In this document: piece by piece, positions 1-9,606 of the stretch | Layout of the letters: every line of letters starts with the position of its first letter | Numbering within the stretch: position 1 is the first letter of the stretch | NCBI GenBank assembly: GCA_963667035.1 | Contig: OY762964.1 | Coordinates: 1,504,001-1,568,000, forward strand | Origin: Candidatus Cloacimonadales bacterium | GTDB taxonomy: Bacteria; Cloacimonadota; Cloacimonadia; Cloacimonadales; JAFGVF01 | Reading direction: 5' to 3' | DNA: 64,000 nucleotides | Made by a program: the position numbers and the translations under genes | The notes under the pieces: model-generated | Told to the model about the DNA's origin: nothing | Seen by the model: only the letters and a program-made list of their open reading frames with translations | The model's database searches: none

Positions 1-583
1 CTGAGTAATAAATCTCTTTTACTTCTTGAATACCCCTCTGATATAAAAGATTAATGAGTTTTCGAGCTATTTTCAAAGATAAACGGTAATCAGTATCCTG
101 TAACATCTTAAGTACTATTTTCCAGTCTTTATGTTCCATTTCGGATCTGGAATCTGATGACTCTAAATTCTTCGTGAACGACCTTACTAATAAGTACGTG
201 GAAAGCATTTCCGCTAAAGTTCCAAGTAATGAAACCTCTTCATCTAGAAATGGACTGGATTCAAAATCATTAGGAACTTGAGAGTAGTATACTTTTATCT
301 CACCAAAGTATTGGTCATTCATACTTAACGCTCTTTGTTGAGAATACTTTGGAATTGCATCTTTTTTCAGAGAGTATATCGTACCCATGTATTCAATTTC
401 TGCGAAACATGATTCAGTAAACTGCCATCCGGCAGGTATAATCTCAAGTATCTTTTCAAAGATAATCACTAAATCTTGAGTATAATCGGAAGTTATCTCA
501 ATCATTTTATGAATACAAGCTAACTCTTTACGTCTCTCAGTAAGTTGTAATTGTAACTGATTATTGTTCCCGCCATAACTCAT
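1..583 (-). CDS. 5' part of a large protein with an N-terminal GAF-like region, probably a second PEP/pyruvate-binding (PPDK_N) family protein; runs off the window
   Basis: Not in the ORF track. Manual translation from ATG at 583 (overlapping the upstream TGA) is open to position 1: MSYGGNNNQLQLQLTERRKELACIHKM...IPAGWQFTESC...PFLDEEVSLL. Family assignment is by motif recall and context. Confidence 0.6.
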   Translation of the reverse strand, partial: MSYGGNNNQLQLQLTERRKELACIHKMIEITSDYTQDLVIIFEKILEIIPAGWQFTESCFAEIEYMGTIYSLKKDAIPKYSQQRALSMNDQYFGEIKVYYSQVPNDFESSPFLDEEVSLLGTLAEMLSTYLLVRSFTKNLESSDSRSEMEHKDWKIVLKMLQDTDYRLSLKIARKLINLLYQRGIQEVKEIYYS

Positions 584-2328
584 TTAAGAATTACTCCTTT
601 ACCACTTCTTCCGTCTGCAAATACTTCAATTGGTTTATCAAGTCTAACATGGAGTAGATGCTCGGTTTCATTTATTACTTCGTGCTTGCGTAACCATTCC
701 CAGTCTATTTTTTTACTCATCTCAATATCTGCTGAAAAATATATCACATTATGAGCTGTCATATTATGGAAGAAGTGAGAACCTTGACTAAAGTCAAATC
801 GCATTTCAGGTAACACTGCTTCAATTATCACTTTTGCTCCCGAAATCTGTGACCATTTAATCGGTATACCCATCCATGGGTCTGATGTACCCCACCTTCC
901 GAATCCCATAAGAGCATAGCATTTCTTATCTTTCAGTAACTCAGCATTTATCTCGGCAATATCCATTGCTACTTCCATAGATGCTTTAGGATTGAAATCC
1001 TCCGGTTTAACAAATACTATATCACAAATATCATCAATATGTGCATTACCCATAACTTGTTCAGACTTGATTAGCACATCATTACTATTCATTAAGTCAT
1101 CGGTTATATCAACAATCTTGTCACTGATACTAATTGGTCTTAACTGTAAGAATCCAAATCTTGGTTTATCTATGTTCTCGGGATCAATAGTCATAGCAAA
1201 TTCAATCTCTACTTTATTACCGGTCTCTTCTTCACATACTTTCATTAGTTCTTTAATCAGAGGATTTAACGGTATGGTATCCAATCTAAGAATTGGTGCA
1301 AAATCCACAATCCTAGAACCGCTATATGATGTTCCGATAGTTATTCTATCATTCAAGCTATCAAAAGTTGAGCATATCTGCTTTAGTGTGCCATGTTCTT
1401 CCGCATCATATATTGATTTATAACATAAATACTCTGTTTCCTGAATTGGATCATAGCAACATACCTGTGCCAGATTAATAGCCCAAAACTCAGTTTGTGT
1501 GTATTTCAGTATATCATGGTTATTGTTAAACGGTGGTGGAGCTGTAGGATGCATTGGAGAGTAACTCCATGATTTTTCTCCTTCTACGACAGCTTTTCCT
1601 AATCCAAGAGCAAGAGTTGCTATACCCTCTTCATGTGTTGCATTGTTTGTAGGATAGAAGTTATAAGATTTCACAACACCAGAGATTGTTGGATAGAATA
1701 AATCTCCATGTTTACTTCCTAGTACTTCTTGAATAATGATTGCCATTCTTTCTTCTCTGATATCTCTATTAAGTGACTTAAAATACTCTTTAGAATTCTC
1801 AAAGAATAATGAAGCATATACAAATTTTATTGCTTCCATGAGAACTCGAAATCTTTGATCCTTATCTATTTGATTATTAGGAATCATCTTGGTTTCATAA
1901 ACTCCGGCAAAAGGATCATCTATTGAGTCCTCAAAAATACTTGAAGATCTAATTGCTAGAGGTTGGTTTATACTCTCGATAATACTCCTTAAGTCTCCGG
2001 AGTATATCGCACCTAAAGATGCTCTCTGGAAAGCTAATGATATATCTACGTCACTGGCATCGGATAACGCAATTTCATAAAGGTCATTAGATTCCATGAA
2101 ATCTTCAAAAACACCACTTAAAAGTACTGTCATACTGGGTATATTTATTTTTATACCCTCATAATCATCATTAGGGAATCTTTTTTTTAGCACATCTTGC
2201 ATAAAGGCTAACCCTGAAGCTTTGCCTCCGGGTTCTCCTCTTCCTATATAATTAAATCTATCTGAAAAGAAACCGCTTATTCTATCAAATCTTTGTCCCG
2301 ATTTCATGTTTTTATTCATTAGATCCAA
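580..2328 (-). CDS. PEP/pyruvate-binding (PPDK_N, ATP-grasp) domain protein
   Basis: GGKASGL, PLAIRSSSIFEDS, FAGVYET, MAIIIQEV, GLGKAVVEG and VEIEFA motifs; no obvious phospho-His swivel domain. Confidence 0.8.
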   Translation of the reverse strand: MDLMNKNMKSGQRFDRISGFFSDRFNYIGRGEPGGKASGLAFMQDVLKKRFPNDDYEGIKINIPSMTVLLSGVFEDFMESNDLYEIALSDASDVDISLAFQRASLGAIYSGDLRSIIESINQPLAIRSSSIFEDSIDDPFAGVYETKMIPNNQIDKDQRFRVLMEAIKFVYASLFFENSKEYFKSLNRDIREERMAIIIQEVLGSKHGDLFYPTISGVVKSYNFYPTNNATHEEGIATLALGLGKAVVEGEKSWSYSPMHPTAPPPFNNNHDILKYTQTEFWAINLAQVCCYDPIQETEYLCYKSIYDAEEHGTLKQICSTFDSLNDRITIGTSYSGSRIVDFAPILRLDTIPLNPLIKELMKVCEEETGNKVEIEFAMTIDPENIDKPRFGFLQLRPISISDKIVDITDDLMNSNDVLIKSEQVMGNAHIDDICDIVFVKPEDFNPKASMEVAMDIAEINAELLKDKKCYALMGFGRWGTSDPWMGIPIKWSQISGAKVIIEAVLPEMRFDFSQGSHFFHNMTAHNVIYFSADIEMSKKIDWEWLRKHEVINETEHLLHVRLDKPIEVFADGRSGKGVILK

Positions 2329-3602
2329 CCCCTTTCTTGCGATGCTCTAACAACTCTGTCTACGGCTATCATATAAGCGGCATCTCTCATATACAAATTC
2401 TTGCGTCTAGCTAATTCGGAAATTCTATGATATGCTCTGGTTAGCTTTATATCAAGTTTACTAATAACTTCATCTTTCGACCAATAATAGTTCATATTTG
2501 ATTGAACTTGTTCAAAGTAACTGCAAGTAACACCTCCGGCATTACAAATCACATCAGGAATAACAAATATATCCTTTTTTCTTAGAATCTCATCAGCTCG
2601 TGGACTAGTCGGACCATTTGCTCCTTCAGCAATTATCTTCACTTTTGGATGTATTAAGTCAACGTTATCTCTAGTTATCTGATGTTCCAACGCTGCCGGA
2701 ACAAGAATATCACACTCCTGTTCAATCCATTTATCTCCATCATTTAACTCATATCCTAATTCTTCAGCTTGTTTTGAATCTATACTTCCGAATCTATCAG
2801 TTATTTTCTGTAATTCGGATAGATTTATGCCATCAGGTCTAGTATAAAGAATTGAACTGTTTGTTTGGGGATTCCACGAAGAGACACCCATTACTGTACC
2901 ACCTAGTTGGTTGTATAAACTGATTGCGTGTTGAGCAACATTTCCAAAACCTTGAAATACAGCAGTTGTTCTATCGGGGCGTAACTTTAACTCTCTCAAA
3001 GCTTCACGGACAGTAAACATTAATCCATATCCGGTAGCTTCAGTTCTACCTAAAGAACCTCCAAGTTCTACCGGCTTACCTGTTATCATTCCCGGCATTC
3101 TGCATCCGTGCATAGTTTCATATTCATCCAAAATCCAAAGCATATGCTGACTATATGTCATAATATCCGGTGCCGGAATATCTCTCAAGGGTCCGATGTT
3201 ATCACCTAACTGTCTTACCCAACCTCTGCATATTAACTCTTGTTCTCGATATGACAATTGGTGAGTATCACAAATAACTCCTCCGTATCCTCCTCCTAAG
3301 GGAAGATCTACAACTGATGTCTTCCAGGTCATCCACATAGCCAATGCTCGAACTAAATCAACTGTCTCTAAGGGATGAAATCTCACTCCACCCTTGGCGG
3401 GACCTAGAGCATCATTATGTTGAATTCGAAAACCTTTAAAAACTTTTGTAGTTCCATCATCCATTTTGACAGGTATTAAGAAATGATACTCCCTGAGCGG
3501 ATTTCTTAAGAAATCTTTAGCTGCTTGATTTAGATCTAGTTTATTTGCTATTAAGTCAAATTGCTTCTGCACCATCTCAAAAGCATTAAATGTTTCGCTC
3601 AT
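2319..3602 (-). CDS. gdhA: Glu/Leu/Phe/Val dehydrogenase family, glutamate dehydrogenase-like; catalytic Lys appears substituted
   Basis: GPAKGGVRFHP, MTWK, PAPD, GRTEATGYG, QGFGNV, EGANGP and NAGGVTCSYFE motifs. Start moved to ATG 3602, which follows a GAGG RBS. Confidence 0.85.
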   Translation of the reverse strand: MSETFNAFEMVQKQFDLIANKLDLNQAAKDFLRNPLREYHFLIPVKMDDGTTKVFKGFRIQHNDALGPAKGGVRFHPLETVDLVRALAMWMTWKTSVVDLPLGGGYGGVICDTHQLSYREQELICRGWVRQLGDNIGPLRDIPAPDIMTYSQHMLWILDEYETMHGCRMPGMITGKPVELGGSLGRTEATGYGLMFTVREALRELKLRPDRTTAVFQGFGNVAQHAISLYNQLGGTVMGVSSWNPQTNSSILYTRPDGINLSELQKITDRFGSIDSKQAEELGYELNDGDKWIEQECDILVPAALEHQITRDNVDLIHPKVKIIAEGANGPTSPRADEILRKKDIFVIPDVICNAGGVTCSYFEQVQSNMNYYWSKDEVISKLDIKLTRAYHRISELARRKNLYMRDAAYMIAVDRVVRASQERGWI

Positions 3603-3888
3603 AGTCACCTCACTGTTATTGTATAGATTTGGTAATCTATATTTTTGCAATTGTTTTTATCCAATGCAAGGAAAATCTCTTAAAAAAGAAATTATAGCAC
3701 TTTTTCTATCTATTAATATCTCTAATAGCTAAACTCAAAACTTGATTATGTACACATTTATTGTCTACCCTTCATTATCTTTTTTTCTATTTTATTCTTT
3801 TTGTGTTTCAGTCTTTTTTCTTTTACAGTAAACATTATTTCTTGACGCTAAGTAATTATCTATAAATAAATACACTAGGAGGATTAAA

Positions 3889-4374
3889 ATGAATAGAGTT
3901 ATTATTTTAATATTGTTAACTTTCTTACTACTTGGCTGTGTTGATTCAACAAGAAATTGGGAACCTAATGGACCTGTATCAAGAGATTTAATTGATTTCG
4001 TTGCGAGAGCAAAAACTGAGATTGAGAGGGATGGGATAAATGCCTTTCATGCTTTTCGCTCAGACAATAAGTGGATTGAAGACGACAAGTACATATTCGT
4101 TTGGAATATGGAAGGTATTCGATTCGTTTACCCTCCTGATCCTGCAGGTGAGGGTAAGTTGATGCTGAATCTAAAGGATAGTGAAGATAAACCTATTGGC
4201 ATGGAATTCATACAGATCGCTCAACAAGGTGGTGGTTGGGTTCATTATAAGTGGCCTAAGTTAGGTGACACAGAGCCTGAATGGAAATCAACCTATATTC
4301 TTCCCGTAACAACACCAAGTGGGTCTAAATTCTTAGTAGGAAGCGGAGTTTACGGACTTAGAGTTGATAAATAG
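3889..4374 (+). CDS. Cache-domain lipoprotein
   Basis: Lipobox LLGC; YIFVW..., GGGWVHYKWPK...EWKSTY and VGSGVY are typical of single Cache 2 domains; AGGAGG RBS. Confidence 0.75.
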   Translation: MNRVIILILLTFLLLGCVDSTRNWEPNGPVSRDLIDFVARAKTEIERDGINAFHAFRSDNKWIEDDKYIFVWNMEGIRFVYPPDPAGEGKLMLNLKDSEDKPIGMEFIQIAQQGGGWVHYKWPKLGDTEPEWKSTYILPVTTPSGSKFLVGSGVYGLRVDK

Positions 4375-4650
4375 TTTTTTATTAGTCCGATACTTACTCT
4401 GTTTTTAACAGTTCTATGTAGTTGTGTTGTTTATTGAACCTTATAAAAGGATTTCTCAAAACCAATAAGAGATTCTTTTTATTTTAGCTTCTGCAATCAC
4501 TTACACTTTTGTAATGCTTCCATAAAATGATTCTATCTTATTCCTGATTCTCTATTATCCGGAAGGTATAATTTAAGCTGTACTATTAAGGCTAATGTAT
4601 GAAAAACTGCATTACACTTGACAAGGTTACTAGATAATTAATCTTGGTAA

Positions 4651-4746
4651 TGCCGAGTCCAGTGCAATTGCATGTCGTGAACCATGTCAGGTCCGGAAGG
4701 AAGCAGCATTAAGCGAATTTTGTGATGTGATACTGTCAACTCGGCA
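4651..4746 (+). ncRNA. ffs: signal recognition particle RNA (small bacterial SRP / 4.5S)
   Basis: Conserved helix-8 motif TCAGGTCCGGAAGGAAGCAGC at 4687-4707; closing stem TGCCGAGT/ACTCGGCA; TTGACA at 4618. Confidence 0.93.
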
Positions 4747-4862
4747 CTTTTAATAGTTTATAGTTATTTGTGTTTTGATTACTACAAAGACAATTGATTA
4801 CAGTTCGTCAAAACTAATGTAGCTTTATTCAATTATTACTGATTCCTTATTAATTTCTCTAT

Positions 4863-4990
4863 GCGGACAAGAATGTCCGCGTTCCAACCGGGACCGCAAG
4901 CATAATATTTGGACCACAGGCTTCCAGCCTGCAAATCCATTCGGACAAGGATGTCCGTGCTCCAACTAGGACCGCAAGTATCCTGCTTGC
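4863..4990. repeat. REP/REPIN-like hairpin cluster downstream of the RAYT gene
   Basis: GCGGACAAGAATGTCCGCGTTCC (4863), GGACCACAGGCTTCCAGCCTGC (4911), CGGACAAGGATGTCCGTGCTCC (4942), GGACCGCAAGTATCCTGCTTGC (4969). Confidence 0.85.
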
Positions 4991-5009
4991 ATTCATTCTC
5001 ATCGACTAC

Positions 5010-5564
5010 CTAATCACTTTCTCCCTTTCCCTCGGTTCTTCCATTATTTCTGATGTATTCAATAGTAGCTTGGAAATGCTTATCATTTCTGATATATCTA
5101 TCGTAGTAATCATTCATCCAAAACTTACCCTTTCTACCTAATATCTTATTTGCTTTATTAGCTGTATAGGATTTCCACGAATGTATTATCTTTGATAAAC
5201 TATGATTTGGGTTTACTTTGATTAAAACATGTACATGATTTGGCATTACAATCCACTCAATTAAATCATATCTTTCCTTATGATGAAACATTAGTGCATC
5301 TTCTACTATCTTCTTAACAGTCTTATTATTAAGAAAGCAACTTCCATGTCCTTTATCTAAATACTTAGCTATTTTTGTGTGAAGTTTTATATATTCATCA
5401 GTATCTTTTTTATTATCATCTGTAATGCCTAACTCATCTTGCCAGTTTATTATTAACTCTTTCGGTACAGAATCATACAAACGGAAAGTAATGAATTGAT
5501 ATACTTCATCACCGTCATAGTGACTTAAATATCCTCGAGAATGCCAACCTTTTAATTCATCCAT
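5010..5564 (-). CDS. REP-associated tyrosine transposase (RAYT; IS200/IS605-like Y1 HUH nuclease)
   Basis: YQFITFRL, HUH motif VMPNHVHVL, SWKSYTA, FWMNDYYDRYIR and catalytic Tyr in IEYIRNN; flanked by REP hairpins. Confidence 0.9.
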   Translation of the reverse strand: MDELKGWHSRGYLSHYDGDEVYQFITFRLYDSVPKELIINWQDELGITDDNKKDTDEYIKLHTKIAKYLDKGHGSCFLNNKTVKKIVEDALMFHHKERYDLIEWIVMPNHVHVLIKVNPNHSLSKIIHSWKSYTANKANKILGRKGKFWMNDYYDRYIRNDKHFQATIEYIRNNGRTEGKGESD

Positions 5565-5584
5565 ATATCATATTCCTTTGCTTT

Positions 5585-5660
5585 GGACCGTACTGGACCG
5601 CAGGCTTCTAGCCTGCAAACCCATGCGGACAAGGATGTCCGCGTTCCAATCTGGACTGCC
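5585..5660. repeat. REP/REPIN-like inverted doublet upstream of the RAYT gene
   Basis: GGACCGCAGGCTTCTAGCCTGC (5595-5616) and GCGGACAAGGATGTCCGCGTTCC (5625-5647), nearly identical to the doublet at 4911-4963. Confidence 0.85.
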
Positions 5661-5927
5661 TGCATCTTAAAACAAAAGCCTACAAACTATCTTTTCCCTT
5701 TTGCACGTTTATGAGTCTTACATAGCATTTGATAATTACTCCTAATAAACTCCAAAGCTGTCAGTACTAACAGCTATTTATAAAATAATTAATCACATAA
5801 ATTTTTACTCTATATTAAAAAAGAATAAACCATGTCTCATATTGTCAAATAATTATTCTAGCACGAAATCCACTCTCCTCTCCCACGCTTCTCACTCGAC
5901 CAACAACCACATCAAACTTACGAGACT

Positions 5928-5978
5928 CTTGCATAATCCTTGCATAAATCTTGCATAACTATGCAAGAATGATGCGAG
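5928..5978. repeat. 11-bp-phased inverted repeat element A
   Basis: CTTGCAT at 5928, 5939, 5950; ATGCAAG at 5961 and ATGCGAG at 5972. Confidence 0.85.
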
Positions 5979-6084
5979 TTTTTTGTGACATGAATGTTTC
6001 GATTTTGTGCTTGTTAATCGGGGGCATAACGGGAGAGAATAACGAGAATGTTTCATGGCAAACTCCATCAAAGCATAATCATCC

Positions 6085-6174
6085 CACTGTTTTTGCACTG
6101 TGCACGCACTATGAACTCAGTGAAACAGTGGGTTGACAGTGCATTCACACTGCCGACACAGTGCAAAAACAGTG
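6085..6174. repeat. 11-bp-phased inverted repeat element B, with perfect 18-bp terminal inverted repeats
   Basis: CACTG/CAGTG-type cores at 6085, 6096, 6107, 6118 and at 6126, 6137, 6148, 6159, 6170; CACTGTTTTTGCACTGTG (6085-6102) is the reverse complement of 6157-6174. Confidence 0.9.
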
Positions 6175-6412
6175 CGTTGGCAAATTGTGATGTGAATGAG
6201 ATTATAAAGGACATAAAATATGCGTAAATAATTGATAAATGCACTGAGTATGATTATTTTACCGTAGGAAATCCGGTTTCAAACAAATAAGGTAATTATC
6301 GCATAGTGTTTCATAATGTTGAGGATAGTGAGAGAAGAGAATTTAAGAGTCAGAGAACCTATTATACTCCTTGCAAGATGTTTGAGACGTTATCCAACAA
6401 TGTAATCATTAT

Positions 6413-6439
6413 AAAAAAGGGTAGCGATTGCTACCCTTT
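6413..6439 (-). terminator. intrinsic terminator after glyA
   Basis: AAAAAAGGGTAGC-GATT-GCTACCCTTT hairpin with T-tract on the minus strand. Confidence 0.8.
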
Positions 6440-6458
6440 ATTAGTCTATAATAATATA

Positions 6459-7772
6459 CTATGCTAGTTCGTTTTCTTTAAGAAGATCGCTATAAAGAGG
6501 GAATTTTGCAGTAAACTGTCTAACTTCCTCTTTGATAGAAGCAAGAACTTCATCGTTATCATAGTTATCAAATACAGCTTTGATGAACTTAGCAATCTGA
6601 ACCATTTCAGCTTCTTTCATTCCACGAGTTGTTACAGCAGGAGTACCGATTCTAACTCCGGAAGCGACAAAAGGTGAACGTGTATCATAAGGAACTGTGT
6701 TCTTATTAGCTGTTATACCGGCTTTATCAAGAGCTCCTTCCATCTTCTTACCTGAGGGACCGCCATCAGCTTCAGGACCTAAGTCAATAAGCATAAGATG
6801 ATTGTCGGTTCCATTTGATACAAGTCTGAATCCTTGCTTTTGAAGTTCTTCTGCAAGAACTTTAGCATTAGCAACAACTTGCTTCTGATAAGCTTTGAAC
6901 TCTTCAGAAAGAGCTTCTTTGAAAGCAACGGCTTTAGCAGCAATAACATGCTCTAACGGACCGCCTTGGAGTCCCGGGAATACATTAGCGTCAACAGCAG
7001 CGGCATGCTCTTCTTTACAAAGGATAAGACCGGCTCTTGGACCACGAAGGGTTTTATGTGTGGTTGTAGTTACGATATCTGCATAAGGGACAGGATTAGC
7101 ATGTTCGCCTGTAGCAACTAAACCGGCTATATGAGCCATATCTACCATGAAATATGCTCCTACTTCATCGGCAATCTCACGGAACTTGGCAAAATCAATA
7201 CTTCTTGGATAAGCACTTGCACCTGTAAGAATAAGTTTAGGTTTGCATTCCAAAGCTTTCTGTCTGATTAATTCATAATCAAACTGCTCAGTATCCTTGT
7301 TAACACCGTAAGGTACTATGTTATAAAGCATACCTGAGAAACTGAGTGGATGTCCGTGAGTCAAATGACCGCCATGAGACAATTCAAGAGCAAGAACAGT
7401 GTCCCCCGGTTTAATAAGTGCAAAATAAGCACCCATATTAGCTTGAGAACCGGAATGAGGTTGAACATTAGCATGGTCAGCACCAAAAAGCTCTTTAGCT
7501 CTTTCGATAGCAAGCTTTTCCACTTCGTCAACATACTCACAACCACCATAGTAACGACCATAGAGGTTATAGTTTCTTTTACCTGTCTTCTTACTTACTC
7601 TGTAAGGATAACCCTCAGCATATTTGTTAGTTAAAACAGAACCTTGAGCCTCAAGTACTGCCTCAGATGTAAAGTTTTCGGAAGCGATAAGCTCTAAGTT
7701 TTCTGTTTGTCTGCGTAACTCTTCACGCATTACGTTGTAAAGTTCCGGATCGAACTGCTTAATGTGACGCAT
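6459..7772 (-). CDS. glyA: serine hydroxymethyltransferase
   Basis: [27 protein letters not shown] and PLP-Lys motif [12 protein letters not shown]; start ATG 7772 after a GGAG RBS. Confidence 0.97.
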   Translation of the reverse strand: MRHIKQFDPELYNVMREELRRQTENLELIASENFTSEAVLEAQGSVLTNKYAEGYPYRVSKKTGKRNYNLYGRYYGGCEYVDEVEKLAIERAKELFGADHANVQPHSGSQANMGAYFALIKPGDTVLALELSHGGHLTHGHPLSFSGMLYNIVPYGVNKDTEQFDYELIRQKALECKPKLILTGASAYPRSIDFAKFREIADEVGAYFMVDMAHIAGLVATGEHANPVPYADIVTTTTHKTLRGPRAGLILCKEEHAAAVDANVFPGLQGGPLEHVIAAKAVAFKEALSEEFKAYQKQVVANAKVLAEELQKQGFRLVSNGTDNHLMLIDLGPEADGGPSGKKMEGALDKAGITANKNTVPYDTRSPFVASGVRIGTPAVTTRGMKEAEMVQIAKFIKAVFDNYDNDEVLASIKEEVRQFTAKFPLYSDLLKENELA

Positions 7773-8208
7773 GATTACTCTCCTCATATTTACTTATTTT
7801 GTTTAGTCTTCTAATATGTCTGTCCCCTTCAAAAGGAGTGGAAAGCCAGGTCTTAATAATATTTTCAGCTTGCTCCTTAGTAAGGAATCTACCTCCTAAG
7901 GCAAGCATATTAGCATTATTATGCTCTCTTGATAATCTGGCATATTCCGGACAGTGACAAAGGGCACATCTAATGCCCTTAACTTTATTTGCAGCGATAC
8001 TGATGCCAATTCCGGTTCCGCAAACAACGATACCAAAATACGCTTCTCCGGAGGCAACAACTTCACCTGCTTTTATTCCGTAATCACTATAATCAACCGA
8101 AACTTCCGAATCGGTTCCAAGGTCAAGAACTTTATGTTCTTTCAGGAGAGTTTTAATGTACTCTTTGAGTTCAAACCCGCCATGGTCTGATGCTAAGGCA
8201 ATCTTCAT
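7759..8208 (-). CDS. rpiB: ribose-5-phosphate isomerase B
   Basis: [34 protein letters not shown] and F.GDRH.RR motifs. Confidence 0.95.
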   Translation of the reverse strand: MKIALASDHGGFELKEYIKTLLKEHKVLDLGTDSEVSVDYSDYGIKAGEVVASGEAYFGIVVCGTGIGISIAANKVKGIRCALCHCPEYARLSREHNNANMLALGGRFLTKEQAENIIKTWLSTPFEGDRHIRRLNKISKYEESNHASH

Positions 8209-8210
8209 CT

Positions 8211-8441
8211 CTATTCTTCCTTATCTTTTTTATTACTATTGCGTCTGTTTATCTCGACTCTAGGATTAAATAAAGCCATTAACAATCCATATAATAAAGC
8301 TGAAATAACTATCTGTAGGACACTTCTCCATATCTCACCTGTTCTGAAATAAGGGAATATAAGCATTATTAAAGCATAGATAACCGCAAACATGCTACTG
8401 AATCTTACAAATCTTTTCAGGAAAGTGTCTTTCTTAGACAA
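8211..8441 (-). CDS. small membrane protein with two predicted TM helices
   Basis: Two hydrophobic segments; fits exactly between ptb and rpiB; TTG start. Confidence 0.6.
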   Translation of the reverse strand: MSKKDTFLKRFVRFSSMFAVIYALIMLIFPYFRTGEIWRSVLQIVISALLYGLLMALFNPRVEINRRNSNKKDKEE

Positions 8442-9359
8442 TTAATTCTCCTCTGCCATTAAGCATGAAAGAGCTATACAATAGAATTTTGAAGCCGGGC
8501 TCTCACTCCTGGACATAACAACTACCGGTTTGATTGTACCTTGAATCAATCCCGCTAACTCTCCGCCGCCAAAAAGCATTACACCTTTATAGAATATATT
8601 TGAAGCTTCAATTGACGGGAATATCAGTACATCCGCTTCACCATTTACAGGTGTAGGTACACCTTTAATCTTAACACTCTCAGGATCACAAGCTAGAAAC
8701 ATATCAATAGGACCATCAATGGTACAATCAGGCAATTGCCCTCTATTTACCATTTTGCACATAACTGCATAGTCTTGATGGCTTGGGAAATGGGGACTGG
8801 CTTTCTCTGCAGCACTAAGCAATGCTACTTTTGGTTTATCGATACCAAACTTACGTGCCATTGTAACAGAGTATTTAAGCATTGCAATTTTCTGATTCAA
8901 ATCAGGGAATGGAATAACGGCAGTATCAGTAAGGAAGAGAAGTTTATCATACTTAGGGATTTCTACTGCACAAACATAACTCATTACCGCTTTGGGAGGA
9001 AGTAATCCCTCTTTCTTATTCAATACGGCTTTCAGGAATTTATCGGTTCCAATCAAACCTTTCATTAAAACATCAGCTTCACCGTTTCTAACCATTCTTA
9101 CGGCTGTAGACGCACATTCAATCTCATCTTGTATGTCAACAATAGTGAATTGTTTAGAATCTATACCTTCAGCTTCACAAACTGCTTTAATCTTATCAGC
9201 TTTTCCTATCATAACAGCTTCGGCAAAACCTTCTTCTACAGCCTTTGCAATGGCACCTACAGTATTGGGGTCTTCAGCAGATACAACTGCTATACGCTTC
9301 TTTATTCCAAGACTTTTAACGTGTTCAACCATCTCTTGAAGAGTTTTAATTGCTTTCAT
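8442..9359 (-). CDS. ptb: phosphate butyryl/acetyltransferase
   Basis: DVLMKGLI, TDTAV.P.PDL.QK, DGP.D.FLA and VVMSRS motifs. Confidence 0.85.
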   Translation of the reverse strand: MKAIKTLQEMVEHVKSLGIKKRIAVVSAEDPNTVGAIAKAVEEGFAEAVMIGKADKIKAVCEAEGIDSKQFTIVDIQDEIECASTAVRMVRNGEADVLMKGLIGTDKFLKAVLNKKEGLLPPKAVMSYVCAVEIPKYDKLLFLTDTAVIPFPDLNQKIAMLKYSVTMARKFGIDKPKVALLSAAEKASPHFPSHQDYAVMCKMVNRGQLPDCTIDGPIDMFLACDPESVKIKGVPTPVNGEADVLIFPSIEASNIFYKGVMLFGGGELAGLIQGTIKPVVVMSRSESPASKFYCIALSCLMAEEN

Positions 9360-9606
9360 TATCTATCCTTTAAACATTAATTAGTAAACAAATATTGTTC
9401 TTGTATAACTCAATAAACATCTTTTAGTGGTCAAGCAAAATCGTAAACTAATAATCAGAACCGGATGAATTAACATTCTCTGATTCTTATACACAAATAA
9501 AAAGCATCTTATTGATGTAAAACAACGAGTGATTGAATTTATTTGACACATATCCTCTAGCATCATATATGACAAAAACTATTCAAATCATACTAAGGAG
9601 AATCTT

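Noticed and set aside
992..1423. Antisense and nested ORFs (e.g. 992-1423, 8992-9339, 15177-15545, 22209-22664, 56959-57435, 63409-63720)
   Set aside because: Shadow frames of well-supported genes, with no independent motifs.
5892..6136. Short ORFs 5892-6098 (-) and 5951-6136 (+)
   Set aside because: They overlap the phased repeat elements, have no recognisable motifs and no clear RBS; probably non-coding.
4863..6174. Possible CRISPR array
   Set aside because: No constant repeat separated by unique spacers of about 30-40 bp, and no cas genes in the window; better explained as REPs and phased repeats.
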